Positions 9,321 through 21,200 of a DNA stretch of 64,000 nucleotides are shown here, piece after piece. The notes below the pieces were generated by a model. That model was given only the letters and a program-made list of their open reading frames with translations, was not told the DNA's origin and did not search any database. Position 1 is the first letter of the stretch; every line of letters starts with the position of its first letter. This stretch comes from a virus (taxonomy: Duplodnaviria; Caudoviricetes). Where the stretch lies: IMG/VR virus record IMGVR_UViG_3300020440_000016, positions 39 through 64,038 of that record. The stretch is one strand, 5' to 3'. The position numbers were made by a program, and so were the translations under genes.

Positions 9321-11176
9321 TGGCAATTTATAGTAAAAAACAAAAAAGTGGTGCACAGCAAAATCCACAAAAAGCGGAAAAACTTGCACAGGAGTTTGGC
9401 ACTGGCCCTTTTCTCGCAGTAGTTGAAACAAACAGCGACTATACCAAGCATGGTAGTATTCAGGTTGTACTAAAAGGCAACCAAGACGATAACAGATCAA
9501 TTACATCCACACGTATTTCTTGTAGAATGCTTTCGCCTTACTACACAGTAAAAGATATTAAAAATGCAGGTAAAGATCCTCAAAAATTTGAAGATACACA
9601 ACAAAGTGCAGGAATGATTTTTCCAGCACCGGATGTGGGTACAGAGGGTTTAATAATTTTTATTAATAATAATATAGAACAAGCAGTTTGGTTAGGTGCT
9701 TTACCTGAAATTGAAATGAATCATATGATTCCTGAACCTGCGGCAAGAACAGATATTGCGGCCACAGATGAAAGATACAACGAACTTTCACCTGGAGAAT
9801 TTGGTTTGCCAGTCGCCAACTATAACAAAAATGCATTCATTGGTCAAACACCTCCAAGCAAAATAAAATATCCTATACACCCAATGGCTGATATTTTAAA
9901 AGCACAAGGACTACTAAATGATCCAATTAGAGGATTAACAACAAGCACAATACGTAGAGAAGATGTTAACCAAGTGTTTGGTATCAATACACCAGGACGT
10001 TACACAGGTGATCCAAAAATTGTAGGTGCAGAAAAAGTAAAAATGAAAGTAACACGACCAGGCGGTCATGCTTTTACAATGGACGATGGAGATGGCGAAG
10101 GTAATAACAATCTTGTGCGTTTAAGAACCAAAGGTGGTCATCAAATTTTATTACACGATACAAATGATTTAATCTACATTACAAATAGCAAAGGTACAGC
10201 ATGGATTGAACTAACCTCTGACGGTAAAATGGATGTGTGGTGTAACGACAGTATTAGTATGCGTACCAAAGCAGATTTTAATTTATATGCAGACAGAGAT
10301 TTTAATGTTGAAGCACGAAGAAATATTAATTTTAAAGCAGGAAATTTACAAAGATTTGAGAGTGATAAAAGCACAACACTAGTGAACGGTGCTCATAAAA
10401 TACACGTAAAAGGCAACAGCGATATTAAAACAAGAAACAGTAGATTAGATACAAACAATTATGATATTAACACAAATAATTTTAGCCTTGCAAATAGATT
10501 AGATACAAAAATTACAAGCGGAAACATTGATATAGGAAGTGCTTTAGGAACAAGAATAACAGCAGGATCTAGTATAAACATAAAAGCAAATGGCAGTGTA
10601 GGGTTTGCTGACACTTATGTAAGTGGCACGGTATATACAGTTGATGCTACTGTCACATTTACAGATGCAAATGGTGTACAAAAATTTTACAAAGCCATAA
10701 AGAGAACACAGGTACCTGATACATTAGAACCAGTTGATCCATCTGATACAGAGTATTGGGAAGAAATGTCAGGTGCAAGTCATGTACCAGGAACTGCTAA
10801 CACACAAATTAATTTAAGCACTGCTAATGATCAAATCAATTTAAAAACAACAGGCGCTGATGTAAATGTACAAACAGATAAGGTTGTTTATGTAGACGGT
10901 ACTGAAGCAGTACATCTTAACAAACCAGGACCAGGAGCAACAGCGGCAACTAATAATGTTAATGCAACACCGTCAGCAAGTAGATTTGTTGATCATATGG
11001 GAGTAAACAAACAGTGGGAAAAAGAAATTACAGCCAAGTGGGAAGCATTCAACTATTACAGATCTAGCCAATTTGAAACAATATTAAAACGTGTTCCTAC
11101 GCATGAACCTTGGGATTTACATGAAAACACATTTCCAGACGGAAGTACAAAAAATCTAACGGATAGAGAGGTGTAA
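9320..11176 (+). CDS. gp5: Baseplate central spike (gp5/VgrG-like)
   Basis: N-terminal OB-fold (PAPDVGT...W-GAL), GGHAFTMDDG/GGHQILLHD, beta-helix repeats, C-terminal RVPTHEPWDLHEN; no lysozyme domain seen. Confidence 0.8.
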   Translation: MAIYSKKQKSGAQQNPQKAEKLAQEFGTGPFLAVVETNSDYTKHGSIQVVLKGNQDDNRSITSTRISCRMLSPYYTVKDIKNAGKDPQKFEDTQQSAGMIFPAPDVGTEGLIIFINNNIEQAVWLGALPEIEMNHMIPEPAARTDIAATDERYNELSPGEFGLPVANYNKNAFIGQTPPSKIKYPIHPMADILKAQGLLNDPIRGLTTSTIRREDVNQVFGINTPGRYTGDPKIVGAEKVKMKVTRPGGHAFTMDDGDGEGNNNLVRLRTKGGHQILLHDTNDLIYITNSKGTAWIELTSDGKMDVWCNDSISMRTKADFNLYADRDFNVEARRNINFKAGNLQRFESDKSTTLVNGAHKIHVKGNSDIKTRNSRLDTNNYDINTNNFSLANRLDTKITSGNIDIGSALGTRITAGSSINIKANGSVGFADTYVSGTVYTVDATVTFTDANGVQKFYKAIKRTQVPDTLEPVDPSDTEYWEEMSGASHVPGTANTQINLSTANDQINLKTTGADVNVQTDKVVYVDGTEAVHLNKPGPGATAATNNVNATPSASRFVDHMGVNKQWEKEITAKWEAFNYYRSSQFETILKRVPTHEPWDLHENTFPDGSTKNLTDREV

Positions 11177-11180
11177 ATAA
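11172..11180 (+). promoter_or_regulatory. Possible late promoter core
   Basis: TGTAAATAA just upstream of gp25. Confidence 0.35.
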
Positions 11181-11184
11181 CAGT

Positions 11185-11619
11185 ATGCCACAGTACACTG
11201 ACATAGTAATTAAACCTAACCCAAACACACAGGGTAACCAAGGCTATAATTCAAATTATTATAGAGGATTAAGCACGGTCAACAGGCAAAGCAGAACATT
11301 TCAACTGTATGATATTGAATTGATAAAACAAGATCTTGTTAATCATTTTAATATAAGAAAAGGCGAAAAGTTATATCAACCCGAATATGGTACAATTATT
11401 TGGGACGCTATTTTTGAACCTTTTACGGATACATTAAAACAAAGGGTATTAGACGATGTGCAGTCTATTGTCAACAGCGATCCTAGGGTCGAAGTTGATG
11501 GGTTAGCACTACAAGAAAAAGAGTTTGGTTTACAAATTCAATGCGTATTAAGATATGTTGACTATGATGTAAGTGAAGCATTACAGTTAACTTTTGATAA
11601 AGCAAACGCATTGTTATAA
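11185..11619 (+). CDS. gp25: Baseplate wedge subunit (gp25-like)
   Basis: LIKQDLVNHFNIRKGEKLYQPEYGTIIWDAIFEP...DPRV. Confidence 0.9.
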   Translation: MPQYTDIVIKPNPNTQGNQGYNSNYYRGLSTVNRQSRTFQLYDIELIKQDLVNHFNIRKGEKLYQPEYGTIIWDAIFEPFTDTLKQRVLDDVQSIVNSDPRVEVDGLALQEKEFGLQIQCVLRYVDYDVSEALQLTFDKANALL

Positions 11620-11622
11620 AAA

Positions 11623-11655
11623 ATAAACTACGCACTTAATAGGAATAATAAATAT
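11623..11655 (+). promoter_or_regulatory. Late promoter-like element, bipartite copy 2
   Basis: ATAAACTACGCAC-N11-AATAAATAT, same boxes and spacing as at 4861-4893. Confidence 0.65.
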
Positions 11656-11659
11656 TAAT

Positions 11660-14600
11660 ATGGCAACTTATAACAGACAAAATTCTTTACTAGCGAATCA
11701 AGATTGGGACAAAGTCTATCGTGCTTTCAGCGATGCAGACTTTAGTTCGTATGATTTTCCTACTTTACGTAGGACGATGATCAACTATCTAAGAGCAAAT
11801 TATCCAGAAGATTTCAACGACTATACAGAATCATCAGAATATCTAGCACTGATTGATATGATTGCATTTTTAGGACAAAGTTTATCATATAGATTCGATT
11901 TAAATTCAAGAGAGAACTTTATTGAACTTGCAGAAAAGCGTGAAAGTGTTTTACGACTTGCAAGACTAGTAGGTTACAATCCTACAAGAAATGGAACAGC
12001 AAATGGTTTCTTAAAAATTATAGGTTTACAGACTACAGAGAATGTGCAGGACAGTTTAGGTACTAGTTTAGAAAATGTTTTTATCAGTTGGAACGATGAT
12101 ACTAACAGCAATTGGTTAGAACAGTTTAATGTTATTTTTAATGCAACATTACAAGGTGTACAAGTAATTGGTAAACCATCACAAAGTTCTGTTATTGATG
12201 GTGTGACAACAGAACAGTATAAAATTAATACACAAAATACAGATGTGCCTATCTATGGTTTTTCTAAAAGCGTATCAGGTAGATCTATGAACTTTGAAGT
12301 AGTCAGTGCTGGACTGAAAGATGGAGTAGTTTTAGAAGAAACTCCGTTGCCAGGAAACCTTTTAGGTGTTTTATATAAAAATGATAAAAAAGGTAATAGT
12401 AGTCCTGCTACAGGATACTTTATGCATTTTAGACAAGGACAATTACAAAGTTCACCTTTTACAATAAATGACCCAAGTCCTAATGAGATTGTTAACATAG
12501 ATATTCCAAGCATTAACAATACAGATGTATGGTTATGGGGATTAGACAGAAATAATAATCCTTCTACTGAATGGACAAAACTAGATTCTATATATGGAAG
12601 TAACGTAATTTACAACAGTGTAAACAAAAATACAAGAACACTTTATAATGTAGTTACTAGAACTGATGATCAAATTAGTTTAAATTTTGCAGATGGAAGT
12701 TTTGGTGATTTACCTAAAGGTAACTTTAGAGTTTACTACAGAACATCAAATGGCTTAACTTATACAATTAGACCAAACAATATGCAGAATATTGTTTTAG
12801 AAATTCCATACATTAATAAAAAAGGTCAAGGTCATACTTTGACTTTACAATTAGGATTGGAAACAACTGTAACAAATGCAAGTGTAACTGAAACTACAGA
12901 CGATATTAGATCTAATGCTCCACAAAATTTTTATACACAAAACAGAATGATTACTGGGGAAGATTATAATTCTTATCCTTTAACAACTTCAAACAGTGTA
13001 GTTAAAGTAAAAGCGGTAAACAGAGTAAGCAGTGGAATTAGCAGACAGTATGAAATACAAGATCCAACAGGAAAATATTCAACAACTAATTTAGTTGCCG
13101 ATGATGGCATAATTTATAAAAATCCATATGAAAACGATTTTAGTTTTACCTTTCAAACAAGAAACGATATTCTTGGCGTAATAAGAAACACAGTTGAACC
13201 TATTGTAGATAGTTTACCAACCAAAGCATTTTACTACGATAGATTTCCTAGAATAAGCACTAATGATTTAAGTATTGAATGGTCAGCGGCTACAAATACA
13301 GCAACTAGTGGAACTGGATATTTTAAAAACACTCTTAACACTGCTCCTATTACAGTAGGAACATTTACATCTAATAACTTTAAATTTATAGTACCAAACT
13401 CGCTTGTAAAATTTGTTCCACCAGAAGGTTCTTATTTTGTACCTAATGATGGTACACTTTCATCTACAAAAACAAAGTATACAGTAGATTATCTATGGAC
13501 AAAAGTTGTAAGTGTTGTAGGTGACGGAAGTAATGAAGGTAATGGTAATTTAGATGACGGTTCCGGACCAATCATATTCAGTGACGTTATACCAGATAGA
13601 GCGGTACCACAGGAAATTATTCCTAACATTGTTACCAATTTAAGCACAGCATTAGAAACACAATTAGTAGATTTAATTTTTAATTATAAAACTTTTGGTT
13701 TGCGTTATGACCAAAATAGTTTAGATTGGAAAATTATTGTAAATGCTAATCTAAACACCAAAGATGATTTTAGTTTAGAGGCACAAGGCGATACTACTGG
13801 ATCAAAACAAGATAAGAGTTGGTTTGTTTTATTTGAAACAGACGGTACAACTTACAGTGTGACAAACAGAGGATTAGATTACAGATTTGAAAGTCAAAAT
13901 TTATTACAATTTTTTGTTGATATTGGTACTAAAAAATATGATACTGAAACAGGACAAGTTATTAAAGATCAAATTAAAGTATTGAAAGTAAATGAAGATC
14001 CTGTTGCTAGTGCTATTTTACAAAAAGATTATCAATGGGAAATAATTGGTGGTATTACGAATTCAGACGGATATCAAGAAACTAATAAAGTTAGAATTAA
14101 TTTTTATGATTCTGATGATGATGGAATGATTGATGACCCAGATAGTTTTATTAAAATTGTAAATCCAGCAAGTACTAACAATTCAGGATACAAAGACAAA
14201 TGGGTTTATTTTCAACAAACTACTTTAAACGGTACAACGTCAACTACTCTTTTACCAAGCACTAGTTTTATTGTGTTTGATAAAGAATCAAATGTCAGTT
14301 CATTAAGTGGATATACTAATGGACAGTTATTTTATTTTTATGATTCAAGAGAAGATGTAGTAAAAAGATATAATAGCACAACAGGTACATTAGAACTTGA
14401 ACCAACAATTTATGCTAGAGCAGGTAGAGATAATATGCGTTTTCAGTATATGCATAATGCAGAAAATGATAGAAGACTTGACCCTGGCAAATCAAACATC
14501 ATTGATATGTATGTTTTAACTAGAGCGTATGATGAAGATTACAGAATATTTGTAAATGGTTTCGGCAACGAGCCTGTTAAACCGTCCACAGAAGATTTGA

Positions 14601-15211
14601 AAAATGAATTAGATACTGTATTACAAGGCGTAAAAAGTATAAGTGATGAAATAATTTATCATAGTGTAAATTACAGAGCATTATTTGGAAGTAATGCAAA
14701 CACATCTTTACAAGCAACTTTTAAAATTGTAAAATCTGCAAATAGTTCAATAAGCGATAATGAAATTAAAAGTGCGGTATTAATTGCTGTCAATGATTTC
14801 TTTGCATTAGATAATTGGGACTTCGGGGAAACATTTTACTTTACAGAACTTGCAAGTTATGTTCAACAACAGACAGCGCCAGATGTTGCAAACTTTGTTA
14901 TTGTTCCTAACAGTGGATCACAGGCGTTTGGTTCTTTATTCCAAATTAAATGTAAGTCAGATGAAATATTCATAAGCACTGCCACTGTTGATAATATTGA
15001 AGTAATTGACCAACTTACCGCTAATAACCTAAAAGCAGAAGGTAACGTTGTTACTAGTATTGATAGCACAGGATCAATATCAGTTTCGAGTTCATCTGGA
15101 ACAACTACAAGCACTGGAACAACGACAACCACAACAACTACGAACACAGGAAGTACAGCAAGTACAGGAAGTTCAAGTAGTTCCGGAGGCTCCGGTGGAT
15201 ACAGTTATTAG
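11660..15211 (+). CDS. gp6: Baseplate wedge subunit (gp6-like)
   Basis: YDFPTLRRTMINYLR, LIDMIAFLG...DLNSRENF--LA--RESV-RLA--VGY, IRSNAP--F-TQNRMITGEDY; S/T/G-rich tail. Confidence 0.85.
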   Translation: MATYNRQNSLLANQDWDKVYRAFSDADFSSYDFPTLRRTMINYLRANYPEDFNDYTESSEYLALIDMIAFLGQSLSYRFDLNSRENFIELAEKRESVLRLARLVGYNPTRNGTANGFLKIIGLQTTENVQDSLGTSLENVFISWNDDTNSNWLEQFNVIFNATLQGVQVIGKPSQSSVIDGVTTEQYKINTQNTDVPIYGFSKSVSGRSMNFEVVSAGLKDGVVLEETPLPGNLLGVLYKNDKKGNSSPATGYFMHFRQGQLQSSPFTINDPSPNEIVNIDIPSINNTDVWLWGLDRNNNPSTEWTKLDSIYGSNVIYNSVNKNTRTLYNVVTRTDDQISLNFADGSFGDLPKGNFRVYYRTSNGLTYTIRPNNMQNIVLEIPYINKKGQGHTLTLQLGLETTVTNASVTETTDDIRSNAPQNFYTQNRMITGEDYNSYPLTTSNSVVKVKAVNRVSSGISRQYEIQDPTGKYSTTNLVADDGIIYKNPYENDFSFTFQTRNDILGVIRNTVEPIVDSLPTKAFYYDRFPRISTNDLSIEWSAATNTATSGTGYFKNTLNTAPITVGTFTSNNFKFIVPNSLVKFVPPEGSYFVPNDGTLSSTKTKYTVDYLWTKVVSVVGDGSNEGNGNLDDGSGPIIFSDVIPDRAVPQEIIPNIVTNLSTALETQLVDLIFNYKTFGLRYDQNSLDWKIIVNANLNTKDDFSLEAQGDTTGSKQDKSWFVLFETDGTTYSVTNRGLDYRFESQNLLQFFVDIGTKKYDTETGQVIKDQIKVLKVNEDPVASAILQKDYQWEIIGGITNSDGYQETNKVRINFYDSDDDGMIDDPDSFIKIVNPASTNNSGYKDKWVYFQQTTLNGTTSTTLLPSTSFIVFDKESNVSSLSGYTNGQLFYFYDSREDVVKRYNSTTGTLELEPTIYARAGRDNMRFQYMHNAENDRRLDPGKSNIIDMYVLTRAYDEDYRIFVNGFGNEPVKPSTEDLKNELDTVLQGVKSISDEIIYHSVNYRALFGSNANTSLQATFKIVKSANSSISDNEIKSAVLIAVNDFFALDNWDFGETFYFTELASYVQQQTAPDVANFVIVPNSGSQAFGSLFQIKCKSDEIFISTATVDNIEVIDQLTANNLKAEGNVVTSIDSTGSISVSSSSGTTTSTGTTTTTTTTNTGSTASTGSSSSSGGSGGYSY

Positions 15212-15222
15212 GATAAAAGGTA

Positions 15223-18200
15223 ATGGCATACAGCGATAGAGAAGGTATACCTGCAAATATAGAAAACAAGGACAAGTTACGTAATAGTGCTGACCTTTTG
15301 CCCATGTACTTTCGTACAGAAGCAAACAAAAAGTTTTTAGGTAGCACAATTGATAGTCTTATTTCTAAAGGAAACCTTACACGACTTAATGGTTTTGTAG
15401 GTGAAAGGAATACAAACAATGCTAAACCTACAGACGTTTACATTGAAGAACCTACAGACAACAGACGTAGATATAATTTTCTTCCTTCAGCAGTAACAAA
15501 AAATCCTGTAAACAATGCAAATAAATGGTCAGGCACTTATGATGATTTAATTAATCAAATTAATTTCTTTGGTGGAAACACAACTAATCACAGTAGATTA
15601 TTTGAATCAGAATATTATGCTTGGAATCCATTATTTGATTTTGATAAGTTTGTAAACTATAGACAGTATTATTGGTTAACAGCAGGACCTAGTCCTGTAC
15701 AGGTAAGTGGCAATCCAGGTACAGCAGTAAGTGAATTTACAGTAACAAATAATGCACAAGGTGCCTTTGTGTTTACGCCCGACGGATTTTCTAATAATCC
15801 AACAGTAAAATTATATAGAGGTGGTACATATAAATTTAAAATAAATGCATCAGGTCATCCTTTTAATATTAAAACAGCATTGACAATCGGTATTGGTGAT
15901 AGATACAGCGATGGTGTTGAAAACAACGGTATAGATTCAGGTACAATAACATTTACTGTACCTTTGAATGCACCAGATAGATTATTTTATGCTTGTCAGT
16001 TTCATCAAAGTATGCAAGGATTCTTCGAAATAAAAGATCCGTCAGCAGAACTTTCTATCAATGTTGAAAATGAAATAGTTGGTAAAAGGAACTTTACTAG
16101 TAAAAACGGTGTTGAATTATCCAATGGTATGAAAATTGAATTTGTAGGAGATGTTACTCCTAGCAAGTATAGAAACAAAGGTTTTTATGTTGAAGGTGTA
16201 GGTAAAGGGATTGTGCTTATAGATGAAGCAGAGTTAGATACCCCTGAACTTTACAGTAGAAATGAAGAGTATGAATTTGATGTAGAAGAATTTGATGACA
16301 CACCTTTCGCGGATACCCTTAATAGTCCTTTGACTCCTGAATATGTAACAATTAATAGAGCAAGTAAAGATAAAAATCCTTGGTCAAGATATAATAGATG
16401 GGTACACAAATCTGTAATTGAAAAAAGTGCAGAATATAATAATACTTCTATAGTGCTAGATGAAAACAATAGAGCAGTTAGACCAATTCTAGAATTTAAA
16501 CAAGATTTAAAATTAATTAACTTTGGTGAAAGTGGAATAGGTAATGTCGACCTTATCGACACAACAACAAATGATGCTATGAGTCTTGTTGAAGGCTCGT
16601 TTGGTTATTATGTTGACGAAGTTTTACTACGTAAAGGTATGCGTGTAATTTTTAACGCTGATCCTGATATAACAGTAAAAGGTAAAATTTACGAAGTAGA
16701 TTATGTAAAACATAACAATAATACTAGGGTGCATCTAATTGAAAAAGAAACTCCAGTTACAAATAACAGTGTTGTGATTGTAGATGGTAAAGCAGAAAAA
16801 GGTACATCATGGTACTTTGATGGAACTGCTTGGATAAAAGGACAACAAAAAACTACTCTTAACCAAAGTCCGTTATTTGATTTATTTGATAACGATGGCG
16901 TAAGTTTTAGTAATAATTCAATCTATGAAGGAACAAATTTTGTTGGTAACACTTTAGCCTCTTATAAACGTGGCACAGGCGGCAATGATCCTGTGTTAGG
17001 TTTTCCTATCAGTTATCAGAATGTTAACAACGTAGGTGATATTACTTTTGAATTCAACTGGGATGATAGTATTTTTACATATCAAAAAAACAATGTTACT
17101 ACAACAATAGATACAGCAAGTGGTTTAGTTTATAACTTCAATACAAAAACATATGAAAACGGTTGGGAACTTGTTGAAGGCAGATTGACTAAACAAAACA
17201 TTTTGCAGGTACAAGATACAATTAATGATACAGTAAGTATTCCTGTTGATTGTATTAAACAACCTTACCTTTATGATTTAGATATTATTGTAGAAATAGA
17301 TGGAAAAATTTATAAATCACCAACTGATTTTGAAAAACAAATTGATACGATTAAAAAGTCATATACGTTAGAATTTGTTAATCCTATTCCAGCAGGCAAA
17401 CGTGTAACTGTAAAAGTTTTCACAGATCAACCTGCTAATCAAAACGGATATTATGAGCCACCTATTAACTTGACAAATAATAGTGAAAACAATGATCTTA
17501 AAACATTTACTCTAGGAAGTGTTAGTGATCACTTCAATACTATCTTTTTAAACAATGCTGATTTAACTGGAACAAGTTTTGGTCAAAACAATTCTAGAGA
17601 CTTAGAAGATATACATAAAGACGGCACACGTTACATCAAACACAAAGGTAGTATTTTACCGTCTTTGTTATTTTTATTAGAAAATGATACAAACTTTATA
17701 AATGCAATAAGAAATAATGCAAAAGATTATGCTTTTTTCAAAGATAAGTTTATTGAAAAGACTAGTGAAATAGATGCAACTGGAAATGTTGCAAATGATT
17801 TAGATACAATCTTGTTTAGTTTAGGAGCAAATAAACAAAGCACTGATAGTTATTTTTACAGTGATATGGCAGGGTATGGTAAAAAGGTTTCTACATTAAC
17901 ATATACCGTTAAGAATGGTACACAGAATGTATTTGCAATTAATACACCTTTCGACACAAACAAAATTAGCGACAGAGCAGTGTATGTATATCTTAACAAT
18001 GAACTTTTGTTTTTAAATAATGATTATGTTTTTGACAAAGACGATAATACTGTTACTATCTCAAGGTCACTTGCTGTTAATGATATTGTAGAAATTAGAG
18101 ATTATGATACAACAGGTAACGTAATACCGCATACACCTAGTAAGTTAGGATTATATCCGCTTTATAAACCAAGCAAGTTTATTGATAACAGTTATTTGAC

Positions 18201-21200
18201 ACCAACAACAGTAATACAAGGCCATGACGGTTCTATTGTAAAAGCATTTGGTGATGAAAGAGATAATTTAATATTAGAATTTGAAAAACGTATATACAAT
18301 AATGTAAAAGTACAATACAATAGAAATGTATTTGACATAAACAAATACGTACCAGGATTTTATAGAAACACAGGATATACTAGAACAGAATTTGATAAAA
18401 TTTTAAGAACAGATTTTGGTTATTGGCAATCGTTGTTTAATATCGATTCTGAAACTAATACAATTACAGAAGAAACAAATCCGTTTTCATACAACTATAA
18501 AAGTATGACCAACCAACAGGGCGAACGTATTCCAGGTTACTGGCGCGGTATATACAAATATTATTTTGATACTGACAGACCTCATACACACCCTTGGGAA
18601 ATGTTAGGGTTTACAGTTAAACCTATATGGTGGGAAGACAAATACGGTGCCGCACCATATACAAGTGGTAATAAAATTCTCTGGCATGATTTAGAAAAAG
18701 GTTATATTGCAGATCCAAATAATCTAAGAATAGATAAAAATTATTCTAGAAAAGGATTATCAAAAAATATTCCTGTTAATGAATATGGAGATCTAAAAAA
18801 CCCTGCAACTATCAACATTATCAGAGCAGTATTCATTACAGAAGTGAAAGGCAACTTTAGATTCGGTGATCATAGTCCTGCAGAAAGCAGTTGGCGTAAA
18901 AGCAGTTGGTATCCGTTTGCTATTCAGATAGGTATGGCACTTTCCAAGCCAGCACAATATTTTGGTTCTTTATTTGATACTAATCAGAACCAAGTATTAG
19001 GAAATAAAAACACTATCTACAAAGATACTGGCAAAATTATTAGTCTTAAAGATGTAAAGATAAAAGACCTTTACTATAATAATGTACGATTTTTAGGTAC
19101 AGGATATCATGTGTTTATAAGTGAATACCTTAGATCACAAGGAAAAGATGTAAAAATAAATTTTAGTGATGTGCTTAAAAATACAAGTATGAACCTAGCA
19201 TATAAACTAGGAGGTTTTGCAAACAAAAACAGATTAAGAGTATTAGCAGAAAGTTCAAACCCTAATACTGCTGATAACAGTATATTTTTACCTAGCGAAA
19301 ACTATCAGTTAACCTTAAGAAAAAGTAATCCTGTAAAAAGTGTTAGGATTTCTGGTATCATTGTAGAAAAAACAAATGCAGGATTTTTAGTAAGAGGTTA
19401 TGACAAGTTTAGACCGTGGTTTAACATTTATCAACCAGTCCATGGACAAAACGACATTGGAGTCAGTGTTGGCGGAACGGAAGCAGAATTTGTATTATGG
19501 GCAGAAGGCAAGTTCTACGGAGAAAACCAGATAGTTGAATACCAAGGTGGTTACTACAGAGTTAAACAAAATCACACTAGTACTGCAAACTTTGATAATA
19601 GCAAGTTTACTGTACTTGATGAATTGCCTATAAGTGGCGGTATTGACGTCGCCAAAGCAAAAACATTCGCAAATACTGTTACAGAGATTTCATATGGTAC
19701 AGTGTATACGAGAATACAAGAAGTATATGATGTAATTCAGGGATACGGAAAATGGTTAGAGTCACAAGGATTTACGTTCAATAGATATCAAACAGAAACA
19801 CTACAAGTACAGAACTGGGATTTATCAGGTAGAGAGTTTTTATTCTGGGTATCACAGGGTTGGGCACAAGGTAGTGTAATTGCTTTAAGTCCTTTTGCAG
19901 ATGAATTAGTATATGAATATAAGTATGGTACTGTTGATAGTGTATTGAATAGTTTTTATGAGTACACAATTTTAAGTGCAAACGGAAACCCTATACCTAA
20001 AGACGCAATTAGTATTGCAAGATCTTCAGGCAAATTTACACTTAACACAGTTGATACTAGACGTGGCGTGTTTTTTGCTGTACTTAATCTTGTACAATGG
20101 GAACATTTACTTGTTTTAGATGACAAATCACAGTTTGGTGATATCATGTACGACCAAGAGGCAGGATATAGACAAAAAAGAATTCGACTTATAGGGTTTA
20201 AAACTAGCGAATGGGACGGCGATTATATGTCGCCCGGCTTTATTTTTGATGAAGCAATCGTTCAAGATTGGTTAGCAGGACAAGATTATAACTTAGGCGA
20301 TGTTATACGTAACAAAGGAAAGTATTACAGTGCAAGAAAGTTTATACCTGGTAAGTCAACTTTTGATTTCAATGATTGGGTTTTTATAGGCGATAAACCT
20401 ATAGCAGAATTATTACCTAATTTAGATTACAAAGCAGGTTCATTTGAAGACTTTTATGCATTAGAAAGCGAAAACTTTGATTCTCAGACTACAGAACTAG
20501 CACAGCATCTAGTAGGATACCAAAAACGTCTGTATTTGGATAATATGATACGTGATGAAGTAGCACAATACAAATTCTACACCGGATATATTAGAGAAAA
20601 AGGGACAAAGAATGCTATTGAAAGACTTAACCGTTTAAATGTAGATGGTGTTTCTAACAATCTTACTATTGATGAACACTGGGCAATTAAAATAGGTAGT
20701 TTAGGAAGCGGAGTTACAATTAAAGAAATAGAATTACCTTTGAAAGAAGCAGTAAATGTTGAAAATCCGCAGGGTTATAAATTTGTAGATGCAAAAAGTG
20801 TAGAAGATAATAATATTGAACAGTTAGTTGCAGGAGATTTAACATTAAAGCCAGCACAATATACAAAAGATGTGTGGCCAACATATACTTTAGATACAAG
20901 TTTAACAGGAAATGCAAATAGAACAGGAACAACATTATTTTCAACTTATAAATTACCATTTGCAGGTTACGTTAGACCAGATGATGTTACAACAACACTT
21001 TTCAATATTGAAGATTTGTTAACAGATCCAGTTGTTGCTACATTAAATGAAGGTGACACAGTCTGGGTAGCAAAAGATCAAATTACATCACGTCAAGGAA
21101 AAGAAAAATTAGGAACTTGGAACGTATACCGATTACAAGCCAATCCGGCAAGGTTGATTAATCCACAGGATAATCCAGTTTCTGTCACAGGAAACGTGTT

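Noticed and set aside
4919-15211. Bacterial T6SS or eCIS locus
   Set aside because: The gp5/gp25/gp6 genes sit with gp55, gp46/47, polymerase and fibres in a phage genome context.
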